Of a DNA stretch of 64,000 nucleotides, positions 1 through 11,428 are shown piece after piece. Position numbers and translations under genes: made by a program. Under the pieces are notes generated by a model. It was not told where the DNA came from and made no database searches. It was given only the letters and a program-made list of their open reading frames with translations. Position 1 is the stretch's first letter, and each line of letters begins with the position of its first letter. The stretch lies in the NCBI GenBank assembly GCA_022605425.2, contig CM061255.1, forward strand, positions 186,001 to 250,000. The letters are read 5' to 3'. Source of the DNA: Hamiltosporidium tvaerminnensis FI-OER-3-3. Its lineage: Eukaryota > Fungi > Microsporidia.

Positions 1-344
1 TGCTATAAAAAGATTGATTTTAAAGACACAATTTTTTTTGGTATTTTGTTATAAAAAAGTTGAAATATAAAAAAATATTAAGAAAAAAACTGTTTATTTC
101 TTAAATTTCTTTATAATCAGGAACTTACAATCAGATTAAAAAAATTAAAACATTCTTTATTTGTAATAATTAAGTAATTAACATTTTTTTTAGGAAAAAT
201 TAGAAGAAAAGTCAAAAATTAAGAGAATTTGGAGAAATTAAATATGTAAATACTTACAGTGAGAATATTCAATTAGAACAAAGTAAGAATAATCTGATAT
301 AATTTGTACAAATGAAGTAAATTAAAATGTATTTAAATGATAAA

Positions 345-360
345 AAAATGAACCCCTAAA
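345..360 (+). promoter_or_regulatory. Microsporidian CCC motif upstream of ATG (representative site)
   Basis: CCC(C) occurs within ~15 nt of the ATG at 361, 8492(-), 13554, 14459, 20621, 23439, 28047, 35015, 48104, 54848 and 60720(-). This is a known microsporidian initiation-associated motif. Confidence 0.75.
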
Positions 361-819
361 ATGAAATTTGTTGTATGTTTTTTGGTTTTTTTCAATTTTC
401 TAGCTTTTGGTGTTTTATGTGCCAGTGTAGGAGGAAGTTATAAGCAACCAGACGATAATCCGGTTTTAGTATCTCATAAACGTGTTGGAACAGATTATGA
501 ACCTGCTATTGTTTCTGATTCTGAAAAGAGGGAATTAAGAGTTTTTGAAAAAACTGAAAGCGAATTCTCAGAAACTGGGCAAGCAAAACCTAAAGAGAAG
601 GGTGATGAAACAAGTCAAATTGTTTCTAATGGTGATGTTCCACATCGTGAAAGTGATGAGAAAAAAGTCGGATGTTTTGGACGTTGTTTCGGTAAGAAAA
701 AAAGTAGGGTGAAAGCAAATCCAAAACCCAGTACATTACCTCCTTCAAATCTCTCTGAAGAAGAAAGCAATCCTGTATTAAAACGCCGGAATTCTTGTGA
801 CGTTATTGATAATCAATAA
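361..819 (+). CDS. Lineage-specific secreted protein (signal peptide; GCFGxC-polybasic motif; C-terminal RRxS)
   Basis: 152-aa ORF with a hydrophobic N-terminus (MKFVVCFLVFFNFLAFGVLCA). ATG is preceded by aaCCCCtaaa. A paralogue lies at 8089-8492 (-). Confidence 0.85.
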   Translation: MKFVVCFLVFFNFLAFGVLCASVGGSYKQPDDNPVLVSHKRVGTDYEPAIVSDSEKRELRVFEKTESEFSETGQAKPKEKGDETSQIVSNGDVPHRESDEKKVGCFGRCFGKKKSRVKANPKPSTLPPSNLSEEESNPVLKRRNSCDVIDNQ

Positions 820-1149
820 ATTTTTATTGATTTTTATTTTATTATTTTCGTATGTTTAATATTCTTAAGATAAAACTATAATTACCGTTCCTTAAATTTA
901 AGTATTCTAATCAATTCCACACCAAATTTTTTATATTATATAAAATACATAATGTTAGATTGTATAATATTCTATAATATTTTATAATTTTCTATAATAT
1001 CGTATTATAGAAGATATTATTCTAGAAGCTCTTTTAATTAGATAGAAATTTATAAATTTATTTAATTTTTGATGCTTTTACGTGATTTTATTTAAAATGA
1101 AATATATTTTTATATAAATTATGATATTTTACTTAAAATTTAAATGAAT

Positions 1150-1292
1150 TTTTATATAAATCTATAAATATTCTATTAAAAAAGTATTTAAATCGTGAAA
1201 TATTCTATTAAAGAATTATTTGAATCTATAAATATTCTATTAAAAAAGTATTTAATCTATAAATATTTTATTATTAAAAAAGTATTTAAATA
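1150..1292. repeat. Degenerate ~32-bp tandem repeat (tctataaatattctattaaaaaagtatttaaa), about 4 copies
   Basis: The unit recurs with small variations between about 1160 and 1290. Confidence 0.65.
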
Positions 1293-2164
1293 GATTTTAT
1301 TTGGACTTGAAAAAGGCAAATTAAAATATCAAATAAATATTAAAAAACCCAATAAACCGCTCGTTTAATCTTGAAAATAAATTCTAATTATGATTAATAT
1401 ACTTTAAAAAGTAATTAGCGAAATAATATATTAGTTGGTAATAAATTATAAAAGCAAATTGTAATAAAATTTATAATACATATGATATATTACATAGTTT
1501 CTTAACTTAATATGCTTTTTGTTAAATAAATGTTTTTTCTTTGTCAATGTATAGCTCAAAATATATTTCTTGAACAATATTTTAATTTAAGAATTTTATA
1601 TATCTTTTGTAGGTTTCATTGGTTTATTATTAAAATTTATTACTTTAAAAATATATTCGGTAAAAATATTCTATATTAAGAATATTTCATATCTTAAAAA
1701 TTTTAAATTAACTAAATGACTTGAATTTTTTAAATCGGAAATTGTAGATTTTAAAGTTATTAAACCTATTAAAGTTATTAAAATCTTATAAAAATAAAAA
1801 AAGATTTATTTTAAAAACTTATAATACCATTTGAAGGTCAATTAATTTAATAATATTATATTTTAGGAATTCCAAATAATATATATAATTGGAATCTTTC
1901 AACCATTCAATAGATTTTTTTTTATCTTTTCAGTTATCAAATCTAATTATAAATATTGTAAATAGTTTGATATTGGTACTTTTAAATTTCTATTAGAGCT
2001 TATATATCTAATTATAAATACTTTGAAACTACTGTTTAATTTAGGCTTTTCGACAAAAATGTGATTTTAAAGTTTCTCTTTATATTGTAATATCTAAGTT
2101 ATAAATAATTAAATACTTATAAGATATAAAAAACATTTAAATTATTCAATTTTTAGTGTAAAAT

Positions 2165-2850
2165 GACTATTTGTTAAAAAAGTATCTGCTTGGTTTCATT
2201 TTGGTTAAATTGTGTAAAAACTATTTTTTACATTTTTGGTGGGCAAAAACCAACATTATATGTTCGGTTACTCGATTAAAATCGTATAACGAAAAGAATA
2301 TTCGTGAAAAAAGTAAACTTTGTCTAAGAAATCTGTTTGTAGTTTTTTATGTAACCAGATTGGAAACCATAGGTAAAATTGTAGGTAATTGCCATGTAAA
2401 AGCATGAAAACGTAGTCTTGCTGACTTCGGTTTAAAATATTATGTGTCCGATGGATACAAACAATCTTTTAGAAAGCGAAGAGAGCTAAAATACAAGCTA
2501 AACTTGTTATAAGATTGAAAAGTCTAGGTAGAAGCCATGTAAGTCACTGAGATATATATAATCTTAGAGTTTATTCAGTTCAGAAAATTTAAGATTGATT
2601 AGGAGTGTATTCATGATCAAATAAGTTGGGTTTTGATGTGTTATCAAGACCAAGAATGATATAACGAACTTCGGAATAATTAGCTCGCTAATTAAATAGT
2701 TCATGTTTTTTTGATCATAAGCTTTGGAATGTAGGAATCTTAGGGGATACTGATGAATATTAGAACTTTATTTATCTATCTCAAACTTAGATTTACATCA
2801 ATAAGATGAAATCAAAATACCCAATCACTTTATCAAAGGATATGATATAT
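2165..2850 (+). ncRNA. Diverged copy A of the ~700-nt structured non-coding repeat family
   Basis: Colinear blocks shared with copies B and D: atttttggtgggcaaaaacca, gtaggtaattgccatgtaaaagcatg, gtctaggtagaagccatgtaagtc, gctttggaatgtagg, ggggatactgatgaa. Confidence 0.6.
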
Positions 2851-3659
2851 AGTGAAAGATTATGTTTATCTGTTAACTGAATATCTAAAATATTTCTTAT
2901 TTTCAAAATTAAATTGAAACAAATAATTACATAATTTAGAAAAATAGTAAATTCATACTATAAAATAATTATAAGATTTCTTATATTTTTCACACAATTT
3001 AGATATTTCATGGTAATTCCAGTTCGAAAAAAAAACAAAATACTTTTGAATTTAAATTATAATTTCAATTTTCTAATTTTTATACTTCTACTGATAAAAA
3101 TTTGACATTTGACAGCTTATATCAATTTTTTCACCTTAATTTTCTTTATTTGGAATATATAATTAATATTCTCACCTTAAAATATTTTTTTAAGATTTCT
3201 TGTATTTGTGAAAAAAAAAATGAAGAAAAAATTTTAAAAGCAGTGAATTTTCTTATTGATACTATTTTTGCTATCTTTATCTGTTTGTAGGTTATATTAA
3301 GATTTTTTTATGAATTTAAATTTTCTTATATTTTTTATGAGTTTTAGATAATAAAGAATATTTTTTATTATAAAAATATCATGCATTGAATTAAAATTCT
3401 GTTTTAAAATCTTTTCAAATCAAATTCAGCTGTCAAATAATTTTTTTTCAAATTAAATTTTTTTTTTTAAATTTTTATAATTACCTTAATATTTTAAGTG
3501 ATTTTTTTATTTCTATAAACAATTTTAAATTCTAAATGTATTTTTTTATAAAATAATTAGAAGAAAAATTTTCAGTTAATGAAATATTTTTTGAAAAAAT
3601 CAAAATTTAATTAAAAACTAAGTTTTTTTATAAATAAATATGAAAATAAATTTTTAAGT

Positions 3660-4271
3660 ATGATGGGTTGTAGTCTTAAGAGTCTTGTTATACTAATTTT
3701 TGCTTTTGAAATAAAATGTGGTAAAAGTAAAATGCAAGGATATTTGGATGAAAATGGCGAAGAATGGACTGAAAATAAAGATATTGTGGTTACTAATAAG
3801 GTACCTAAAATATTTGAAAACTCTGGTCTTGATGAAAGTGTTTATATTTTTGATTCAGAAAGGTATTATGATGCTCGTGGTGACTTAAGTGACGAGGAAT
3901 ATTATAGCAGTTCTGCTAATTCTGAGTCTTCTAAAGAAAACAGAGAATTTTTTGATGAAAAAAATGAGCCCGCGGTTTCATTTAGAAAAACCCCGATTAA
4001 TGAATCTACTGAACCAAATGATAAACAAGCGATTGTTGTGAATGACACCAGTAAACCATTTGGTTTAATAAAAAATTCATCTTTTTATTCGATCACCCGC
4101 GGAAAAAAATATAAATTTTTTGAAAATAAATTTAATATGATTCGTGATAAATTAATCCGTAGGAGAGAAAGTAAAAAATCCGAAACTTTAATCGGTAATT
4201 CACCAAGTCAATCAAATTTTCCTCTGAAAAGAGATGAAAATTTCAATAGAATGAAAGAAGCGAAGCAGTAA
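3660..4271 (+). CDS. Hypothetical secreted protein; may extend to 4459 via a -1 frameshift
   Basis: 203-aa ORF with a signal-peptide-like N-terminus (LKSLVILIFAFEIKC). An overlapping -1 frame stays open from ~4250 to 4459 (NERSEAVKTPTFNSKISFLRLNTRKGSK...). Confidence 0.7.
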   Translation: MMGCSLKSLVILIFAFEIKCGKSKMQGYLDENGEEWTENKDIVVTNKVPKIFENSGLDESVYIFDSERYYDARGDLSDEEYYSSSANSESSKENREFFDEKNEPAVSFRKTPINESTEPNDKQAIVVNDTSKPFGLIKNSSFYSITRGKKYKFFENKFNMIRDKLIRRRESKKSETLIGNSPSQSNFPLKRDENFNRMKEAKQ

Positions 4272-7200
4272 AAACCCCAACTTTTAATTCCAAAATCTCT
4301 TTCTTAAGGCTAAATACTAGAAAAGGCAGTAAAAGAAATTCTAAAAAAAACAATGAAAGTGGTAAAAGTACTGATGCTACCTCTATAATGTGGAATTTAT
4401 TTGAGAAAAGAAGTATAATAAGATGTGAGAAAATGAAGAATATAATTTTCTATAATTAAAATTTCTTTTTATGGTAAATCAATTATTGTTTTCTATTTTC
4501 TAAAAAATATTTGGTTTTGGATAAATCAAGCCATAATTTTTATACTTTTTTATTTTCTTAGAAAATATCTGATATATCTTTGATTATCTAATTAAATTAA
4601 ATATTTCACTAAAATATAAATTTTTTAATATTTCAGATATATTTTTCCGAAAAATAAAGCATATCGATTTTATATATTAAAGTAAGAAAATGTAACTCTT
4701 TTTATACTCAACACATTCTTATTACATCTATTAAACTCTTTCTTTAAGATTCGGTTGCAAAATATTACAAAAAAATATTCTCTGCCTAAAGTGATTCTTA
4801 TATAAAGATTGATAATCTTAAAACTTTATATTATCAGAAAAACCAGGAAAAAACTAAAATTTTTTTAGTTTTTTTTAATGATACACTTACGATTTAAAAA
4901 CAGGTTTCACTCTAATTTCATATTTCCTTTTAAGGAATTCGATTGCTTTTTTATCCTTATAAAAGAAAGATTTTGGCAATAATCAAATAGCCGTTGGTTT
5001 TGTTTCAATTTGGTTTTCTTTATATATTTTTCAAAACCAGAATTCCTTTATATTTATATTTCAAAGAAATTTAAAGAAATTTAAAGAAACTTATATATAT
5101 TATTTTCCGAAGATATGAAAGGTACTGTTCTAAATTCAAAAACTTCTAAATAAATTAAAAAGTTTTGATTTTTTGATCATAGAAACTTTAAATAGCCTGT
5201 ACATTCATGTTAACTAAAGTCATTACTGGTAATAATAATAATCAAAAATATTACTGAAATATGTCTGAAATATTACTACTAAAAAATATATTAATAAAAC
5301 TAAGATTCGTAGGAAGTAATATGTAGAAAAGAAAAGTTTTATTTAAAGTTTTTTATTTCTATTTGAAAAGACGCTGAAACAGCAAAAATATGTCTTTATA
5401 ACTGAAATATTTATAAAAGTGAGTTATATTTTACAATCAAAGTCCAAAAACTGTATTTTGTTGACTAAAATAGAACCAGCAAAGTCTAGATGATAAATTC
5501 CTAATAATATTGAGAAATAAAAAATTTCGAAAAGAGATTCGTATGTATGAGACATTCAAAGGTTTATAATTTCATATTTTATTCTATTAAATCGAAGTAT
5601 AAAATCATTTTGTTTTATAATAATAGGAAACAAGTGAGATATATATTTAATCATAAATATATTGATAATTCTTTTTAAAAAATATTTCAAACCTTTGTTT
5701 CATTTTATAAGCTTGATAGCATTTTGAGCGCATTTTTCAGCCAGAAGCTTTTACATTGAATGTTTTTAAACTTTGTTTTTAAATAGTCATATATGTATTA
5801 AATAATATCTTTATAATATTACGAATAAACAGGTCTTAGAACGAATCCTACCAAATATATCTATTCTATGTATTTAAGAAATAAAATAAGAAATATTCTC
5901 GAATTCAAATTATCAAATCTATATATTTAATGTATTGATATGTTTAGAAATATTTATCAAGGAAGTTTACATTGAAATTCTTGCCAAAAATTATCATCTA
6001 TATCCAGAAAAAAGATTAAAAAACAGCTACTGCTTAACCTCACAATAACATCAATAAAAATTGTTTGAAAATTATTGTATTATAAAACTTTTATCTTTTA
6101 AACCTGTATTCTCTCATAAAAAGGTTTATCTTATATTACATTGGATTCGCAATTATTCTCTATTCAGTTACTTATTAATGTATAAGTCTTTGAATAAAAA
6201 ACATAACTCAGAACAAAATAATAAAAGAGCGTAGATATTATAAGCAATATTACTTCGAACATTCTTATATTTTTTTTACTAATAATTAGAAGGTGAATTA
6301 ATATATCTAACAAATCTATAGAAATATCAATTTATTTAGCGAGCGATAGAATATCTTCATCATCAGAAAAAGATAGAAGATCTTTAAAATAACTTAAATT
6401 ACTTTAATTTATAAAAGATTTAAAGTTTCACAAGAAAATCCAAAAAGAGATAATTAAGATTTCATATAACTTTTAGATAGATTGTGGCGTTGCAAAATCT
6501 AGATTATTGAAGAATAAAATATTAAAAAAATACCTTCAAACAAAGTGGTTTATAAAAACGGTTCATCTTGAGGTAAAGTTATATATCAAACAATTTAAGA
6601 TATCGAACGGTATCTACAAAAATTTAACTAAAATGCCACTGGATTTTTATTTAAAAATAATTCGATTTAGATTCTTTTTCAGTATTAGACCCTAAGACTT
6701 ATGTGCTTCGTTTTAGAATAGATTTGATATGAAACAAAAGGAAGCTTTGTATGTTTCAAACCGGAATTTCTAATTACTTACGTTAAATTCTAATTTACAG
6801 TTATTCTTTTTCAAATTACCTTAAATTAGACAAAAATTTTATGTCTGTAGAGTATAAAATCCTATATAATGTAAAATTAAATCTACATTTTGCACATTAA
6901 AGATGTTTTAGCAATTAATATAACTACATGGCTACGTAATATATAATTTCGTGCCCGTCGATAATACCTTTTTTATACTTTCTACTTTTCAACTCATATT
7001 TTTAGATCTTTTAAAGCAATAATGATAAATTTTACGTTTAAAAATTTTCATGGCTTAGTTTAAAGATAAAGTATAGAAGTTTTATGAAGCTTTTTTTATT
7101 TTATATATTAAAATACAGAATTAACTTTGAAAAACACGAAGATTATGTTAATATTTTGAAATATTTTAAAGTATTTTTAGGCTACACAGCGACTCTTTAC

Positions 7201-8088
7201 AAAAAATGCTTTGATAGAATAATCTTGCGCAAAAAATAAACAATTATAAACAGTTCGATATATTTCTAATTATATACCAAATAAGCCTTGTAACAATCAT
7301 CTATTAAAGTACAAAAGATTTTAAAATATGTTGATACTCATTTTATAGATTAATAAACTGTAAATTGTAACAATATTCTGGAATAAGCTGATATAAAAAT
7401 TAAATTAAATAATTTATTAAATAAAATTTCCCGAAAAAGAGTTCTGATTAGTATAACAACAAATATTGGTGGCATTTTTATATACTTGGTATAGTTTTAG
7501 TAATAAAATATTCTCATTTAAATAAATTTTATCTTGTTGATGTGATTTCTTTTTTGTTTCGAAATATAAAGATCTACAAAAGAAGAATTATACATTCTGA
7601 GAGACATACACAAATTTATTAGGTAAAAATACATTATAAAACCTTTTGATAGTTGAATAATATTTTAAATAATTAGATATTTAATTGAAAAGAAATATTA
7701 AAGGTAGGAAAATTTAAGTCTACTTATATAGTTTATCTTATAATGAAAACAAATCTAATCTATAAAAAGTTATGATTATATTTGTTGAATATACGATGAA
7801 AAATCGAACTTTATAGTGAAATTAAAACAATAAATTATACACATATGAGGAACCAAAAGAGCCAAAATAGAGTTTAAAAAAACCAATCAATATCACAAAC
7901 CTTTAGAAACTTGATCTATAAAAAAAGATCTAAAATTAAAATTTTATAAATTGAAATCAAAATTTTATATCAAATTAAGGAAAAAGAATTAAAAAGCAAT
8001 GAAAATTTTTTATTTGAATTTTTTAACTTTTAATTTTAATTTAACGTTTTCTTTTGTATTTAAACGAAAAAATATAAAATAAATAGAT

Positions 8089-8492
8089 TCATCCTAAATC
8101 AATATCATCAAAAGAAGCTGCACGTCTGTAGGTTTGAAAACTTCCTTGGTCTGATTCTTTATATTCATTTTTCGTTTTTGATGGTTTCTTTTTCTTAGAC
8201 CAGCAACATCCGAAACACCCTGCTTGTTCATCTTCTGATTCTGTGTCTTTGTTACCCAAGTATTTTTTAGAATCGGTTATATCTTCCTTAATGTAGGGAT
8301 TTTCGGATTTCGCTGCTTTTTGTTGTTCTTTTCTGAGTATGTTTCATTAAATAAAACTCTTTCCTCGTCTATGGAAACATAAGAGGAGGTTTTAGCTAGT
8401 AAAGCATCATTGTCATCATTTTTCGATATTGCACAAAAAATATTATCAACTAGAAAATTAAAAAATATCAAAAAACCAAAAAAAAGTTTCAT
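8089..8492 (-). CDS. Paralogue of 361..819 with a single -1 frameshift near 8330 (assembly error or pseudogene)
   Basis: Starts MKLFFGFLIFFNFL at ATG 8492, after atgaaCCCtcaa. The second frame gives ...TESEDEQAGCFGCCWSKKKK...YRRAASFDDIDLG*, which matches ...RESDEKKVGCFGRCFGKKK...KRRNSCDVIDNQ* of ORF 361. About 100 bp upstream is also similar. Confidence 0.75.
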
Positions 8493-10721
8493 TTGAGGGT
8501 TCATACTTTGATTTATAAATATATTTAAATTTAATCATTTAAAAAGATTCGAAATGATTAGCCTTATTTGTTTAAATTAAATATTTGAGCTGTAAATACG
8601 TATTTGAAATTTAATTTTTCTATTTTTAAGGATTTTTTTTTCTCAATTAAAACAAATAAAAAATATTTGTGCGTTTTTTAAAAATATTCTTAAATGTGAA
8701 AATATTGGTTTTGATCATTCACGGATTTTTTATTTATTGAATATTTACATAGATATTCCAGTCATTTAGTACTTCTCTGTGATAAAGAGGTATTGAACAA
8801 CCCATAAAAAATATTTTAAGCGAATTTGACACTAAAAGACAAAAAATACTAACACCTTTGATTATATCACGTGGGATATAAAAATGAATAAGGAGTAAAA
8901 ATCTGTCCGCTATAAAAAGTAGGGAATCTGATTTGAAAACAAGCTTTTCATTTTGAAATAAGTACACCTTAAAAACCGGAAGCACTACCAAATTAAAGAA
9001 ATTTGCAAAAGATTAGATTGCAAGATTTATGGCATTGATAATTCATAAAAATATTTGATTAATTATTTTTAATATATTTTGAATGTCATTTTGTGAGTAA
9101 TAAATATTTTAAAAAGTAAAATGTTATTTTTTTTCCTAAAATTTTCTAAATTCGAAAACATCTATATTTGCTAAATTCAGAATACATAGTAAAGATTCTA
9201 TTGGTAGATTAAAATACGCTACAATTATAAATAAATGAAATATGTAAAATTATTAACTCTAGTTTGATCAAATATTTATTTGATAAATAATATAAAATAA
9301 AAAAATATTTTTGCATATTTCACATGTGATTAGACAGAAAAAGCATCTATATTTTTATTTTTTTTACTAAATCTTTCAGAAAAAGAGAATTATTTTTCAT
9401 TCATAATAAAAAAATATTTGATAAATTAAACATTTGTAATTTTTTATAATTCAAATGCAAATAAAATTTTAAACTCGTATAAGATTTTTTATTTCCAAAT
9501 CTGCTTTGTTTTTCTCAATCATTTTAGGTGTATTTTTGTTTTTTAATCCAAATATATTTTTCATTTCAGTTTGAATAAATGTTTCATGTTTTAATGATTT
9601 ATATTCTCACATCTAATTTTTGAAATATTTGACAAAATTAATTGTGAATTTAAGCTTTGTGTCTTGCCCCTTCCCTATTTGGTATTATCTAAATCTTGCT
9701 GTAAAACAAAAAGAAAAATCAAAATACATAATTTTGTTTGTGTCTAGATTGAATGCGTTTCTAAGCTAACTTCTATTTTGATATTTAAACACAAAATGAT
9801 AGCTAAAAATATTATTCGATCTATGAAAAAACCGAAGAATTCTTAATTATTATATAGAATTAACTAGTGTGCGAATCAGTCATATATTTTTTGACTTTTA
9901 TTCTGAAAAGCACAAAAATTTCATTGAAAAAAACTTTTATTATCGTGTTGACAATATCTCTGGAAATTTTAATAAACCTTATATGATATATTTCAACCGA
10001 TTTTTATTTCTTTTCTCTTCAATTTCAGATTCCCAAACAATAAAACTGAGTATGTATTCTATTAAGAAAGAAATATTATCGATTCCATTCGTCGCCTTTT
10101 GGTATTTTATTTTTGTTCTTATGAATGTTTACAAAATAAGAATGTATTTTAAATCCAAAAATACTGAAAAAGATGATAACAGACTATATAAACATGTTTG
10201 AAACCCTAATTTTGTTAGTTTTCATTTATCACCAAAAAATTTGATTTTTACAAAAACTATATAATAGACTAAAGTACCAAGTGTTTCAATGGTTCACACT
10301 TGAAATCATGCATATATTCAAGTAACACAATTCTAAACCGGCAATATCTACCTAGGTATACAAAAGATAATAAAAAATAATTTCATAATATACTGAAGTA
10401 TTCACTTTGCTTAAAGCAATATTTTCTTCTGTATATTAAAAGATTTTAAGGATATTTTTTGAAAATGAAAATATTTTAAATAAGTAATCTTTAAAAATGG
10501 ACTTTCTGTTGCTTTTTTTGTCGAGGCTCAAGATATTGCTTCAATTTGGCGTAAAACTACTAAATTCCTATAGAATCATAGGTGAATATGCAATTTTCAT
10601 ATTAAATAGCGAATTTAACTTTGAAAAAACTTCAATTTGAGATATCCACAATGTCTTTGAAATATGACCTTTTATCCTAAATTTAAATTCAATGATATCA
10701 TTTATCAATGGCATAAAAAGT

Positions 10722-11428
10722 GGAGGGAGGATATCCACATAAAAAACTTTCTGGTTAGCAATGAGTGTGCGAGGATCATTGTTTGTATTTTTGTTGAGAA
10801 TAAAACCACACTACATTTTCAGTATTCAATGAGAATTGTTTAAAAGAGTAGAGGTCTAGAAATAGCGAACTTTTTAGAAAAATTTATTGTATGTTTTTTA
10901 TATAACTAGATTGCAGATCGAAGCTGCGCATGTATGTAATCGCCATGTAAAAGCATAGAAACTTAGCCTTGCTCGCTCTGATTAGAAGACTTAACTGCAA
11001 AGAGATGTAAAAAACAAAACAGCTTAAAGCCGGGAAAGCTAAGTAGCAGGTTTTATCTATTATTATGACATTGCACCGTCTAGGTGGACTCCATGTAAAT
11101 TTCTAGAATACATTTTAGCTAAGATATTATTGGGTTCAGAATGTTTAGAGTAAGTGGGAATCCTGCATGGTCTTGGAGCAGAGTGAGCTTCGGCCTTCAA
11201 TCACACTCCATGCAACGAACATTAACGAAATTCGGGCGGCTGCTTCACCTTTAATTAGGTTCTAAACACCTGGTAGATGAAAGGCTTTGGAATGTAGGTA
11301 TTGAAGGGGATACTGATGAAGTTTTGAGCTAGCAGTTATTTATGTTAAGCCTAGAACTTCGTTAATGTCATGAAAACAAATATAACACTTGCCACTATTT
11401 TAAAAAGATGTGAAGCTTTTAAAATAAA
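10722..11428 (+). ncRNA. Full-length copy B of the ~700-nt structured non-coding repeat family
   Basis: Alignable end to end with the reverse complement of 36614-37330. No ORF in the track. Multiple stems are conserved with compensatory and G-U changes. Ends in AATAAA. Confidence 0.7.

Noticed and set aside
2171-2407. Short ORFs overlapping the structured element (2171..2407, 19641..19871, 52084..52305)
   Set aside because: The frames are not conserved between copies, none has a CCC-ATG start, and the indels between copies appear to ignore codon phase.
9869-10201. 110-aa ORF and other short AT-rich intergenic ORFs (3102, 6507, 8734, 12201, 21017, 39551, 45863, 50091)
   Set aside because: Mostly non-ATG starts, F/I/K/L/Y-biased composition expected from random AT-rich DNA, and no motifs.
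10764-10772. Group II intron 5' end (GUGCG) or group I intron motifs in the structured element
   Set aside because: Homology extends ~40 nt upstream of GUGCG, no domain V (AGC triad hairpin) is recognisable, and group I R/S-like words are not conserved on one strand.
11311-11380. Hammerhead ribozyme (CUGAUGA ... GAAA) in the structured element
   Set aside because: CUGAUGA lies inside a conserved stem and becomes CUAAUGG in copy D. No stem I/III arrangement with a UH cleavage site could be built.
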